NCBI GenBank assembly: GCA_963730935.1
Contig: CAVSTP010000004.1
Location: 1,088,001-1,152,000 of the forward strand
DNA: 64,000 nt
Direction: 5' to 3'
DNA from: an uncultured Nitrospiraceae bacterium
GTDB taxonomy: Bacteria > Nitrospirota > Nitrospiria > Nitrospirales > Nitrospiraceae
Part shown: positions 41,414 to 52,334 of the stretch, in pieces
Position numbering within the stretch: the first letter of the stretch is position 1
Layout of the letters: each line of letters opens with the position of its first letter
The notes under the pieces: model-generated
The model's database searches: none
Told to the model about the DNA's origin: nothing
Seen by the model: only the letters and a program-made list of their open reading frames with translations
Translations under genes and position numbers: made by a program

Positions 41414-41701
41414 AGAGCGTGGAACGTGTAGTTAGGACTTAGGGGGCGTTCGCAGACTAAAACCGAAGGGCGAAAGATCGGAACAGAGATCTGGCTCCAG
41501 CGAACAGATTGAGAAATCTGGAGTTAACACAGAGGGTCACAGCGACCCCATCAACCTCGCCCGCCTTCCGATGATTGTACATGCCGCATGCAATCCCCTC
41601 TCTTTAGAGCAGTTGTGGCTCGTTGGCGGAGCACCCCTGCCCGCGCGTCGCAATCGGTACAGTCGTCAGCGTAAAAATCAGATAGAGTTGTAGGATCGCA
41701 A

Positions 41702-42930
41702 TCACTCAGATCGACTCGGTGACTGGCGGGCACCTGCCGACTGACGTGTCATCACGTTTGAGACGATGGTATCTGCCATGATCTGATTGCCAAGGGCATT
41801 CAGGTGGCAACAGTCATCTTTGTAGACCGTCTCAGTTGTGCTCGCAAAGATACCGGTGAGATCAGCGCCGGGGACGCCGGAATGGTGCAGATCTTGAACC
41901 GCGGCTTTCAGCAACGTCATCATTTCATGGGTGCCTTCAACACGAAGAGGATCAATGGCCAGCCGTCGCTCTTGTTCGGAAAGCGGCTTCGAATCCTTCA
42001 GATATTGATTGGGTTGCAAGAAAAAATAGACCGGCTTGCCCGCTCGCTCTCGTAGCAGCTCATTTTCCAAGATGGTGTACTTTTTCCAGATCGCAATGAG
42101 TTTCTCCGTAATCTCTCTTGGCGACATCCTCCGTAAGGTTTCCGATTGGTGAGCCACAAACTCTTTGGCATAGTAAGAGGACTCACTCACTTTTACGACG
42201 CGATAGAGAAGATCGTGCAGGTAATACCAGCATAGGAAATATGAATTGCTGTGTGAAAGGCCCGGAAATTTCCACGACAACGGGGCGTTGTTGATCTTCT
42301 TGTAGATCCACCGAGCTGAACGCCCAAGCACGGGATAGATTCCTCCTTGGCTCGCGCGTCCATAAAATTGTGCAGATAGGGTCGGGAACTCTAAGGGATA
42401 AACCGGCAGTAAGTGCCCCGGAGTCGCATCATTGAACCCGTCGATGTTGATGACCAGATCCAGTTTATCCATAAAGAAGGCAGCAATGAAGAACTGCTGG
42501 GGTTGCTTGTAACCGCCATTCGCGAGATTCACGATGCGAAGAGTTTTTTCTCCAAATGTCGGTAGCACCTTCCTCAAGGGCTCGAAGTGTCTTGGGTTGC
42601 GGATCGAATACTCCGCGAAACTCCCTGCAACGGAGCCCCCCAAAACGCCGATCACGAAATCATCCTCCCCACTTCAGAAGGAAGTTGTTCTGATGCTCTC
42701 GTCGTAGGCGACTCATACCCAAAATACGGATGTGGAGAATAATCCTCTGTCCATGTGATCATCCTGAGCTTCGGATCATTGATGTAATAATCGGCATAAC
42801 TACCGCCTTCAATTCCCAACATGTAATACACAACGCCCTTCGAGATAAGTTCGAGCGCAAACAATGAAATCAAGCCGCAGAGCAGAAGCTTGGCGACTAT
42901 CGAACCATGTACACGGGTGGTTGCGTGCAT
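41702..42930 (-). pseudogene. SGNH-like membrane-anchored protein split by one frameshift near 42665 (real or sequencing error)
   Basis: Abutting ORFs 42652-42930 (TM, PHPYFGY) and 41702-42655 (IGVLGGSVA, GGYKQPQQ, DGFND, DDCCHLN). Confidence 0.65.
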
Positions 42931-43035
42931 AAAATGAGCTATGCTTCAAACTGAAGGCACTGAGTGACGGCTTCTCTTGAGACGAAGATGCGCTCTAAGG
43001 GGTGCGATTTCCACCTATCTTTACGAGCTACTGGC

Positions 43036-45045
43036 CTATTGTCCATGGACACGGACAACGTCAATGGGAGCATTTACAATTGGAAGCAGTTGTGCCTTCA
43101 GTAGCGCCGTTAGGCTTTCAGCAAACGTTCCCGTTAAATGGTGGTGGTCCCGGTAGAGGATTCCATTGCTTTGGATCGGTCTACAAATGTCTAGCTCGCA
43201 GATACGGTCGGTAACGTCGATAAAGTGCACATTTGACAGCCCACGCGCTCCCGCTTGCTCGGACTCGAATACGGCAGCATTGAGGACGATCGAGCGTTCC
43301 GCCTCACAGGAACCGCCTGGATACCAGGCATGACGAACCGATCTTGCAAGACACGTTGGGACATCGTATGAGAAATAGGGCGGGTCACGCATTAAGACCA
43401 CTCGCATGCCGGTGAGAGCTTGCAACGTACGTCTGGTGCCATCCTGCAAGTTGCCAAGGGCAACCGTCATCGGAGGAGTACTCCCATCTTTCGCGTAGGT
43501 CATTGTATTCCCAAGGTAGCTTGTCGAATTCGCAATGAACACAATCGTGGGACGGAGCGCGATGATTCGCTGAAGAGCCTCTGCCCGCCAGCTGGCGCAA
43601 GCGGCGAGATATCCAGAACTTTGACCAAGTGGTTCGATATCAAACGAGGGGCAGGCCGACTTGACTACGGTCGTCAGCTTCCATCCGTTTGACTCAGCAA
43701 TTCGCTGCAGTGGATTGAACCACTGGATAGCGTGTGAGTCTCCAAACAGAACGATATTGATATTGGAGGACGCATCACCAAACTCGCACAGCGTGACCTC
43801 AGGTGATTGTAACTTGCTGATACATCGATCTTTTGGAAGCCTGGTGATGTCACCGATTGCAGCAGCAATTGCCTGCATTCTTGGCTCCTTCTCTAGCTGA
43901 GTCGCGAACCACATGGCGAAAAGAGCGGCGCCTAGCGAGCACACCGTGACAGCTCCCCCGAAATAGAGTGACGTTAGCGGGCGCTTTAGAAGATAGGGAT
44001 GAAATCGAATCGGGTTTTCCACAAAGTGGTAACTGATTCCAGCAACTGCCAAGGATGCAAGTGCCGCAGCAATCTTGCCGGCAACTGTAATGTTCGGTAC
44101 CAATGCGGCTGAAAATACAAGAAAGGGCCAATGCCAGAGATACCACGAATACGAGAGCCTTCCGAACATCTGAAGCGGAGGAGAATTGAGCACAACGCCA
44201 ATTCCACGATTTGGATGTTCGGTTTCAGCAACCAAAACCACAGCAGTTCCGATGACAGGGATCAGAGCGACCCAGCCGGGGAAGCCGTTAGCGCCCACAA
44301 TAAGGTGTGCAGAGCCCAGAATGGCGAAGATGCCCAGCCAGCCCAAAGAACGCCACCAGCCAGAAGAAACATTCACTATTCCGCGCGGCAGCAAGACAGC
44401 CAGTCCCCCTATCCCAAACTCCCATGCTCTTGCAGGCAACTCATAAAACGCAAACGTACCTCCATTAGCGCTGAACCATACACTGATAACCAACGAGACG
44501 AGAGTTAATGCGGAGATGCCTATGACAAGGACTTTAATCGACCTACACCATCCTAAGGTGAGCAACAGAAGTAACGGCCAGAACAAATAAAATTGCTCTT
44601 CTACCGCGAGGGACCAGGTATGCAAGATTGGGTTGGATTTCACATTGGGAGCAAAGTAATCCCCTGCATGAATGTCAAAGAAAATATTACTGATGTTCAA
44701 TGCGGCCGCTCGGCTTGCGTGACCGGCTAGGTCCAATTCATGCGGAGCTAAAATCATCGCACCGATAAGAAGGGTAATCGCCAACGTTAGGGCGGATGCC
44801 GGGAGCAAACGACGTATGCGACGAGCATAAAACCGCACTAGACTCAATTCTGAAGTCTTCTGAATCTCAGCGACCAATAGCCCGGTGATGAGGAAACCGG
44901 ATAGGACAAAGAAGACATCAACACCGACAAAACCACCGGAGAATCCAGGCACACTGCAATGAAAAAGGACGACGATGAGGATGGCAACTCCTCGCATGCC
45001 TTCTATTTCAGGCCGGAAACCCGGCAAGCGTTCGTCTGTTGTCAT
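43036..45045 (-). CDS. OafA/YrhL-type acyltransferase (AT3 plus SGNH domain)
   Basis: FRPEIEGMRG, GVDVFFVLSGFLIT, HTWSLAVEEQFY, SYSWYLWHWP, GDSHA, DHHH. Confidence 0.93.
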   Translation of the reverse strand: MTTDERLPGFRPEIEGMRGVAILIVVLFHCSVPGFSGGFVGVDVFFVLSGFLITGLLVAEIQKTSELSLVRFYARRIRRLLPASALTLAITLLIGAMILAPHELDLAGHASRAAALNISNIFFDIHAGDYFAPNVKSNPILHTWSLAVEEQFYLFWPLLLLLTLGWCRSIKVLVIGISALTLVSLVISVWFSANGGTFAFYELPARAWEFGIGGLAVLLPRGIVNVSSGWWRSLGWLGIFAILGSAHLIVGANGFPGWVALIPVIGTAVVLVAETEHPNRGIGVVLNSPPLQMFGRLSYSWYLWHWPFLVFSAALVPNITVAGKIAAALASLAVAGISYHFVENPIRFHPYLLKRPLTSLYFGGAVTVCSLGAALFAMWFATQLEKEPRMQAIAAAIGDITRLPKDRCISKLQSPEVTLCEFGDASSNINIVLFGDSHAIQWFNPLQRIAESNGWKLTTVVKSACPSFDIEPLGQSSGYLAACASWRAEALQRIIALRPTIVFIANSTSYLGNTMTYAKDGSTPPMTVALGNLQDGTRRTLQALTGMRVVLMRDPPYFSYDVPTCLARSVRHAWYPGGSCEAERSIVLNAAVFESEQAGARGLSNVHFIDVTDRICELDICRPIQSNGILYRDHHHLTGTFAESLTALLKAQLLPIVNAPIDVVRVHGQ

Positions 45046-45081
45046 GTCCCAGGGTGCTAGGATTTCGAACGACCGCTGACT

Positions 45082-45739
45082 TCAATGACGGTGATGGACT
45101 GATCCTGAGAAGTCGGATTCTGCTGCAGATCCTAGTGACTGATGACCGCAATGAGCGTTAGCCCCCGCCAACCGAGTCGTTGCCAGCATCGAGCTGGGCA
45201 TCATTGTCGACTCGACGTAGGAATCGCCGACAACGGCAATTTCGGCACCCGTGAGATCTTCGTTATTTCGGAAACCGTTTTTGTCATATTTCAATTCAAT
45301 CGGTTCGGCCTGATGCGTCGGAAGGCAGAAAGAATCACCGAGATTTCCCCGATTAAGGAGTATTTGGGCAGAATGATGAGGTTCTGGCTTTGCGAGCAGC
45401 TCAACATCAGGAAGATACCCAGGCTGTTCCCACAGGTAAGTACCTGTCGAAAAATGTCTTTCGATAATCGATCAACTTTATAGGAACCTCGGCCAAGAAT
45501 AGCGCCACACCGACGGATATAGTCATCAGGACGACCCGAATCTGGTTCTCATCCTTTGGAGCACGAGAGATCAATGCGTATCCTCCCCAGAGGATGAGAT
45601 AGGACGCGACAAGAAAGCTGAAAAGGTTCCGAATATTAGTGAGGCCCGCCTCAACAAGCAGCGAGCATCCCAGAACGAAAAACAATGGCGTTAGACCGAC
45701 GAGTATTCGCTTGGCGTTTTGGTTCGACATCTTAGTCAT
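45082..45739 (-). pseudogene. Fragmented, truncated SGNH/AlgJ-like gene
   Basis: TM-rich fragment 45407-45739 plus fragment YDKNGFRN...AVVGDSYVE in another frame; sequence ends shortly after the GDS motif. Confidence 0.6.
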
Positions 45740-45851
45740 TTCTGTACCTATCCTTCACAGTTCCATAGTGCGCGCGAGCGTGGGATTGACCCGATCGGCA
45801 AACAAGAGAACGGCTTGAAGGATGCGCAGCGAGCGGAAGGTTGGGAATAAC

Positions 45852-47318
45852 TCACGACGATTGCGCGAGCGCCTCATTCACCACCTTATGGAGACAGTTC
45901 GCAACCACTGCGTTGCCTTGTGGCGAGTAGTGACGATGTGCCGGGACGTAGAGATCAGCGGCGTTTAGCGGCAAGAGACAAGAGGTGAGATCAGTGTAGG
46001 CAATGCCCGCCTCTTGCAATGCTCTTTTGCCGTTACTCACAGGCGAGTTCCCTTTCTCAAGTTCCTCCTTGTTGGGGAAATAAATGATGAGAGGAATCGC
46101 GCCCGCATCCACTGTTGCCCGTGCAAATGCCTTTAAAATGGATGCATTGACGGTCACAAGCGCTTTTTCAGACACATCGGAGTGTTCGATTGTCCAGCGA
46201 GGCACCCAGGACACGAACAGCCGAGCGAGATAGGAGAGATGATAAAAGCGTCTCTCCCAATCGCTCTGCGTGTAGCCTCTGTGATACTCAAGAGCGGACA
46301 GGTTGACAATCGATGCTCGGGAAAAGATGGCTTCTGGAGCAGGGGCTGGTGCATTGATGTTCGCGAGTTCTCCATCTCGCAAGATGAAACGAGATTTTGA
46401 AAACGGCATGTCCCACTCAGGAAAGGAGATAAAGGGATACACGAACATCGTACGCTCAGTATCATGAGAGATGAAGCCAAAGATCACGATTCTGGGCTTC
46501 CATCGGCGGATATCCTTTTCATACCGAAGGAACATTTGGTCCAGACCATACCCCGAGACCCCGAAGTTCAAGACCTGAAACTCGGAACCTAACTCCTTTT
46601 CTAAAAAATACCCCCAGGTCTCCTCATACTTCACATCTTCGCCGAAGGTGTATGAATCACCTGTCAGAGCGATCCTGGTTCCTCCTTCGGACCGTGCGAA
46701 CGAAACCCCTTCCTCAGACGCGCGTATTCCCTCCACGCTTGAGCGATAAAGCCCATTGGCGCTCCGTCTATTTGGTCCTACCGTCCAGCCCATGAGATCG
46801 TCGTAGACCAGATAGGAAAAATCCCCACCGGCTCGATTGTTCAGCTGGCGGTAGTGTTGGGCGAACGTTTCCCAGCTTTTCGGCTTCAAGACTACGCCGC
46901 CAACTGTCTCGCCCTCCACTGAACTACGAGAGACTGCTCTAAGGGCGATCTCACCGGTAACGACAATCAGTACCACGGTGACGAGATTCATTGTCACGAT
47001 CATGGGAAAATGGCCCGATGGTGACCGTTTGTGTGCCAGAAATTGATGAACAATGACTGCCCCTGCTACGACAATGGCAACTACAGCTATGAGAAACACT
47101 ATGCCCGGCGAGCTGGGGAGGAATACAGTAAAAGGTCTATCCCCCTTCATGTAGATCGCCATCGGCACCACAGCGATGGACAATTCGAGTAGGAAGAGGG
47201 AGGCCAGAAGGAGTAAGTCACTTTTCTGCGGAGACAAGTTCGAAACCATTGCGGCGTTTTTCTGCTGAACTCGTGCGAGAGGAGTCTCAAGGACGATACG
47301 AGGTGAGGTCTTATGCAT
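45852..47318 (-). CDS. Membrane-anchored SGNH/GDSL hydrolase-family protein
   Basis: Three TMs, TGDSYTFG, NFGVSGYGLDQ, HYSPQGN. Confidence 0.82.
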   Translation of the reverse strand: MHKTSPRIVLETPLARVQQKNAAMVSNLSPQKSDLLLLASLFLLELSIAVVPMAIYMKGDRPFTVFLPSSPGIVFLIAVVAIVVAGAVIVHQFLAHKRSPSGHFPMIVTMNLVTVVLIVVTGEIALRAVSRSSVEGETVGGVVLKPKSWETFAQHYRQLNNRAGGDFSYLVYDDLMGWTVGPNRRSANGLYRSSVEGIRASEEGVSFARSEGGTRIALTGDSYTFGEDVKYEETWGYFLEKELGSEFQVLNFGVSGYGLDQMFLRYEKDIRRWKPRIVIFGFISHDTERTMFVYPFISFPEWDMPFSKSRFILRDGELANINAPAPAPEAIFSRASIVNLSALEYHRGYTQSDWERRFYHLSYLARLFVSWVPRWTIEHSDVSEKALVTVNASILKAFARATVDAGAIPLIIYFPNKEELEKGNSPVSNGKRALQEAGIAYTDLTSCLLPLNAADLYVPAHRHYSPQGNAVVANCLHKVVNEALAQSS

Positions 47319-48750
47319 GACGCAAATGTTCGGCCAGTCGTAACGAAAGTTGGACGATCGTCAAGGTTGGGTTCGCGTCTCCGCCACTGGGGAACACCGA
47401 TGAACCAGCAACATATAGGTTATCCTGTCCATGCACACGACAATTGGCATCGACGACACCCTTTTCAGCCGAGTGGGCCATTCGAGTGCCACCCATGTGA
47501 TGGTAGCTCACACCATCGTCGCCACGGACGGGATAGCCATCTTTGGCAAACACCCAATCCTCAGCCTTGATCCGACCGCGATTCCTCGCCATCAAATAAT
47601 CATTAAAGTGCGTGAGGGCTTTCTGCAGAGTGGCACGATCGCGCTCCGTTTTTTTCCAGTGAAGCTCCACCATGGGAATTCCAAATCGGTCACGCTTGGT
47701 TTCCGACAGTTTCACATGATTGCTCCACATTGGCTCTTGTTCCCACCCTGCCAGGAGTCTGGCGCCGCAGACGATATTTTTCCCTGCAAGCGAAGCCGCC
47801 CATTCACCGATTTTTGGTGCGACACAGGCAAGATCTCTCAGCAAACCCTTCGTCCCCTCAGTTGGAATTTGTTCCAACACGATGCAGCACTCCAAAATGG
47901 AGAGTTTTCGTATTACAGCATCTGTAAAACGAAGGAGAAGCTGCGGAATATAATAGTCACTTTTGGGAATCTTGAAATCCACTAACGCGTGACCAAGTAG
48001 GTAAGTTGGGTGTTCCATCCAATACCGACCTAGCGGTGCCTTCGAATCAACGAGCTTCCCATTCGCCTGATGATTACACCACATCAGCATGCGGCTATTT
48101 TCTATTCCTCCCATCGCGAGGATGAAATGCTTGGCCTTCACGGTGGCAGATTGCCCGGCGAAATTCGTGGCGGTTGCGCTTAGAATATGATGGCCGTTCG
48201 TTTTCAATCCGGTCAGATTGGCATTAGTGACGCAGGTGATGCTTCTTGAGGACTTCAGGTTCTCCCTGTACCTTTGCCCGAACCTGACTTTTGACAGTGA
48301 AATGTTGAATTCCGTGATGCCGAATTCACCGTCTAAAACAACATCGCTGTTGGGCGGCCGAACATCCAAAACGGACGATGCCCTCTCAAGAAATGGATCG
48401 AGATCCTTCTTTTCTATCGGCCAGTGGGCGTCCTCAAATCCCGGTTTGTTTTGGAAAGCAAGCTCCGTAAGTGGCATGCACCAACCGCCCCAATGGCCGC
48501 TAGTACCGCCGAGATATCGTAACCGGGCAGCATCGAGGGGGACATAATGATCACCGATCACCTCACCCTTGTACAGTTCCTGGGAATCAAGGCTCATATC
48601 AACGCCGCCACCCTCTAGGAGAATAACCGACCGACCATATCGGTCAAGTTCTAGCGCCAGAGTCATCCCGGCAGGCCCTGATCCCACTACACAAAAGTCC
48701 ACGTTCTTAGGAAGGCTGTTCACGCCTGCTTGATTGAAATCGATGAGCAT
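47311..48750 (-). CDS. GMC-family FAD oxidoreductase
   Basis: VGSGPAG, RYLGGTSGHWGG, GRYWMEH, HHMGGTRM, GSSVFP...NPTLTI; ATG 48750 overlaps the upstream TAA. Confidence 0.9.
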   Translation of the reverse strand: MLIDFNQAGVNSLPKNVDFCVVGSGPAGMTLALELDRYGRSVILLEGGGVDMSLDSQELYKGEVIGDHYVPLDAARLRYLGGTSGHWGGWCMPLTELAFQNKPGFEDAHWPIEKKDLDPFLERASSVLDVRPPNSDVVLDGEFGITEFNISLSKVRFGQRYRENLKSSRSITCVTNANLTGLKTNGHHILSATATNFAGQSATVKAKHFILAMGGIENSRMLMWCNHQANGKLVDSKAPLGRYWMEHPTYLLGHALVDFKIPKSDYYIPQLLLRFTDAVIRKLSILECCIVLEQIPTEGTKGLLRDLACVAPKIGEWAASLAGKNIVCGARLLAGWEQEPMWSNHVKLSETKRDRFGIPMVELHWKKTERDRATLQKALTHFNDYLMARNRGRIKAEDWVFAKDGYPVRGDDGVSYHHMGGTRMAHSAEKGVVDANCRVHGQDNLYVAGSSVFPSGGDANPTLTIVQLSLRLAEHLRHA

Positions 48751-48905
48751 TAAACATCCCCTTCCTGGAGTACCCACCCTTGCTTAATGAATTTTCCATT
48801 TCTCTTGTTGTAAGAAGCCTTGCGGATATTCAGCAGCGTGGTTGGGGTAACCAGTAATGAGATGGCGACCAAGAGTCCCCTCAAAACTGTTCTCCTCGAG
48901 TACAT
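48750..48905 (-). CDS. 51-aa protein with twin-arginine-like leader
   Basis: GAGGAGG RBS; MYSRRTVLRGLLVAISLLV...GWVLQEGDV; TAATG coupling to the GMC gene. Confidence 0.65.
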   Translation of the reverse strand: MYSRRTVLRGLLVAISLLVTPTTLLNIRKASYNKRNGKFIKQGWVLQEGDV

Positions 48906-49055
48906 ACGCTTCCCTCCTCTGACGTTACAATCCCGCGTGAAAGCCATCGTCTCTCAAGACCATTTCTCTCCGTTGGACAGATAGTGTGATTCCCCACACC
49001 TTGCGGCCGATGCGGCCCAACCGCTGCTCGAGACAACTTCTAGAATCTGGCCAGG

Positions 49056-50024
49056 TTATACGCGTGCCGGTCTATATCCTCGAGCTTCAATGCCGTTTCC
49101 ACCGTATTCACACCAGATACGCTCCAAGCCCAATGAGGTAAGCGCCCTCAGGATTTGTGATTTCGTTCTGAAATGCTTGTACCAATCCGTTAGTGAATCA
49201 TGGGTGTCCAACAATGCCCACTCTTTCAACAATGACTCTGAGAGTTCAGGAAAAGCATGGCCGTAGAATTGGACGGGAGAAATTCTGCTCAGAAGCATCT
49301 GACCAAGACGGAAACGACGTGTCGCCAAGTGGAGGGGATAAAATACTTTGACAATCATCTCCGTGAACCTTATTCCATTCTCGGGCCGCATTCTTTTCAC
49401 AAATGGTCTAATGAGAGGGGAGGCTTTGGTGCACCATGACAGGTTCCACGTATAGTGATCGATCACCAAGGCGCCACCAGGTTTAACTTGGTCGTATAAA
49501 CAAGTTAGAGTCTTCTCTGGGCTAGGGGTGTGTTGGACTACCCCTAAACATAGCACCAGATCAAATTTTTGCGCGGCAAAAGGGAGAGCAGCGATATCGG
49601 CTTGCGCAATTCTATGTTTTGAGCTAAGAGGACAATTCTTTAGGTTCGCCTCGACAGCATCGCTCAAATCAACAGAGGTAACGCTCGCTCCCAGCTCCAG
49701 AAGGAGTTCAGTAAAGCGGCCCGCGCCGCATCCGCACTCCAGCACATGCCTGTCCTTAAGAGATGTCCGCAATGGTTCGCCGAGGCATCGATAAAGTCTG
49801 TCTTTGCTTATCGTCGTGCTTGTGTAGGAATCCAACTGCGTCAGGCGGTATCGCTTCCATTGCTCTCCGAATGCATCTGCATATAGTGAGCCGCTGACAA
49901 ACCTCGGAATGTGGTTTATGCGCAAAAACGCATGTCCTTCAGTACAGCAAAGTCTATCGTCCTGCTCGCTAAGCAATTTTTTATGTTGGGGGCAGTGCCA
50001 CGCCGGCCATGAGATATCTGACAT
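49056..50024 (-). CDS. Class I SAM methyltransferase with N-terminal Cys/His (Trm112-like) segment
   Basis: CPQH...CTEGH, FGEQW, VLECGCGAGRF, GVVQHTP, KPGG; GGAGG RBS before ATG 50024. Confidence 0.88.
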   Translation of the reverse strand: MSDISWPAWHCPQHKKLLSEQDDRLCCTEGHAFLRINHIPRFVSGSLYADAFGEQWKRYRLTQLDSYTSTTISKDRLYRCLGEPLRTSLKDRHVLECGCGAGRFTELLLELGASVTSVDLSDAVEANLKNCPLSSKHRIAQADIAALPFAAQKFDLVLCLGVVQHTPSPEKTLTCLYDQVKPGGALVIDHYTWNLSWCTKASPLIRPFVKRMRPENGIRFTEMIVKVFYPLHLATRRFRLGQMLLSRISPVQFYGHAFPELSESLLKEWALLDTHDSLTDWYKHFRTKSQILRALTSLGLERIWCEYGGNGIEARGYRPARV

Positions 50025-50179
50025 CAATACCTCCATCTATCAAAATGCAGAAGTGTGCGTTGGACGTATTGAAGGCAGGGATAGCATGCAATATCTTCCA
50101 ATTCGAACGCGATTTCGCAAACTCTCTTATGTCAGATCAGACTACACGCCTCTTCTTGGTGAGTTGAAACAGCGCTGAC

Positions 50180-51124
50180 CTAGGAACGGCCACGAATACG
50201 AACAATTTTATGCCACAGCCACTTCCTTTCGAGGATATTTCGTTCGGCAGGAGTGATAACGCGATTCCCTCGTACATGAAGAATGAAATCAAGAAGCGTT
50301 CGGACCGGGACAAACCATCCGTTCATTCTGCTCAGGCGTTGCAAGAGGATCTTGAAACGATCGTGGATCTTTCCGTTGATCAGAAATCCCTTGGCGAGAT
50401 GCGTGTACATGATGCAAGCACCTCGTTCGTGTTTGAGTTTGTCCTGGTTACTCTCGCTAATCATGGCATTAAAGGAATCCACGTTTGCCCCCTCAGAAGA
50501 GGCAAACCAGTAGTTCACATAAGGCCGAGCGGGATCATGATAAGGCATCGCCGGACAAGCCTTGAGAATGTTAATGTCCCCGAACACGAAATTTCTTACG
50601 TACTTGATTTTCTCCTTGCACAAGTCACCCCAAAACAGCGGGCTGGACTCAAGGTGCCCCTGAGACTCTTTGTTTTTCTGGAAACCCTTCAAGTTAAGAA
50701 TATTGTAGAGGACCCGTTGTGCACCTGAGACGCGTGCGCTTTGCCAATAGATGCTCTCCTCACAACCTGAATGATTGGCCATCGAATAGGGATAGTGGCC
50801 AAATTGGTGGAGGAAGGTCTCCATCCCCCTAGCAGTCTGTTCTCGGGAAGACGTGTGATGTGCAACGTTGTGTAGTGCTATTTCGAATCCCTGCGCTTTC
50901 AATTGGAGCATCAGGTCAAGGTATTGCGGATCCCCGCATGTTGCTCCTCCAATTTTGGGCTTTCCATTTCCGGCGATTGGCCAGACGGCCTTTGTCGTTC
51001 GCAATCCCAAATCTGTTATGAATGAGTAGATAGCAGACGCATTTTCCACGGAATCCCAATCAGGGTCATCGAAAATCGTGAAGGCAAAATCCTTTCCTTC
51101 AGGCCATTCAATGCTGGGGGTCAT
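50180..51124 (-). CDS. Polysaccharide deacetylase-like (NodB-fold) protein
   Basis: FAFTIFDD, GFEIALH, ANH, YTH motifs; start moved to ATG 51124. Confidence 0.65.
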   Translation of the reverse strand: MTPSIEWPEGKDFAFTIFDDPDWDSVENASAIYSFITDLGLRTTKAVWPIAGNGKPKIGGATCGDPQYLDLMLQLKAQGFEIALHNVAHHTSSREQTARGMETFLHQFGHYPYSMANHSGCEESIYWQSARVSGAQRVLYNILNLKGFQKNKESQGHLESSPLFWGDLCKEKIKYVRNFVFGDINILKACPAMPYHDPARPYVNYWFASSEGANVDSFNAMISESNQDKLKHERGACIMYTHLAKGFLINGKIHDRFKILLQRLSRMNGWFVPVRTLLDFILHVRGNRVITPAERNILERKWLWHKIVRIRGRS

Positions 51125-51191
51125 CTTTGAGCCCTCATCTAACGACGCTGGGGCAGCAGAGGTACAAGGCCGCGAGGCAGGTTCCCTAGGG

Positions 51192-52328
51192 TTAGCTAGG
51201 GCCGACGGGCACGCCAAAATATTCTTTTATCGACGAGACGACCCTCTGAGCTGTCTTTCCATCCCATAATGGGATCTGCGCGCCCTTCTTATATCCCCCC
51301 GCCATAATCTCGTCAGCGCACTTCGTGATTTCCAGAGTCGATTTACCTACGAGCGTGGAAGTTCCTGCTGAAACGGTAATGGGGCGTTCAGTATTTTCTC
51401 GAAGCGTCAAACAAGGAATACCCAGTACGGAGGTTTCTTCCTGGATGCCGCCGGAATCGGTCATGACAAAGAGGGCATTCTTCTGCAAAGACAATACGTC
51501 CAGGTAATCCACCGGATCAGTCACATGAAAATCTGGAGCTTTTTCTGCTAGCAGGTCGAGTTCCTTTAGTTTTTGCGAAGTACGCGGATGTGCGGGAAAG
51601 ATCATCGGAATCTTTCTCGACATTTCATTAAAGCACGCCCAAAGCGACCGCAACGTGTCAGGATTGTCCACGTTGGACGGTCGATGCAACGTCAATAAGG
51701 CATATTTGCCTGGAGTCAGGCCATATCCAGAGAAGGTATTTCGCGATGAAGCTGCCGGCATAGAACGGAGAAGCGAATCGATCATGATGTTGCCAACCAG
51801 GCGAATGGCTTCTTCAGAGTGCCCCTCGTTCTTGAGATTTGCCACACCGGACGGCTCCGACACGAGAAGAAGGTCGCTGAGGCTGTCTGTGACAATGCGG
51901 TTGATCTCCTCTGGCATCGTTCTGTCAAAGCTGCGCAAACCGGCCTCGACGTGGGCAATTGGAATCCCCAGCTTGGCGCTGACGAGGGCGCAAGCCATTG
52001 TGGAGTTCACATCGCCAAACACCACCACCATGGAAGGTCGCTTCGAAAGGACACAGTCTTCGTAGCGTTCCATAATGCAGGCGGTCTGCTTGGCATGAGA
52101 GGAAGATCCCACCTCGAGATTCACATGTTCATGCGGAATCTCAAGAACATCGAAAAACTCCTGAGACATCCGAGCGTCGTAGTGTTGGCCCGTGTGGACG
52201 AGGCGGAATTTCAACTGATCCTCATGTTGCAGTGCTCTGGTCAAGGGTGCGACCTTGACCAGGTTCGGACGAGCACCAACAACCAGATCAAGCAAATATG
52301 GCTGATGTGCTGATCTTGAAATACTCAT
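51192..52328 (-). CDS. wecB: UDP-N-acetylglucosamine 2-epimerase (non-hydrolysing)
   Basis: VGARPN, HTGQHYD, HVEAGLRS, PEEINR, TDSGGIQEE, RENTERP. Confidence 0.93.
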   Translation of the reverse strand: MSISRSAHQPYLLDLVVGARPNLVKVAPLTRALQHEDQLKFRLVHTGQHYDARMSQEFFDVLEIPHEHVNLEVGSSSHAKQTACIMERYEDCVLSKRPSMVVVFGDVNSTMACALVSAKLGIPIAHVEAGLRSFDRTMPEEINRIVTDSLSDLLLVSEPSGVANLKNEGHSEEAIRLVGNIMIDSLLRSMPAASSRNTFSGYGLTPGKYALLTLHRPSNVDNPDTLRSLWACFNEMSRKIPMIFPAHPRTSQKLKELDLLAEKAPDFHVTDPVDYLDVLSLQKNALFVMTDSGGIQEETSVLGIPCLTLRENTERPITVSAGTSTLVGKSTLEITKCADEIMAGGYKKGAQIPLWDGKTAQRVVSSIKEYFGVPVGPS

Positions 52329-52334
52329 TCTATG

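Noticed and set aside
40800..41500. Active IS481 element
   Set aside because: No catalytic domain, terminal inverted repeats or target duplication found.
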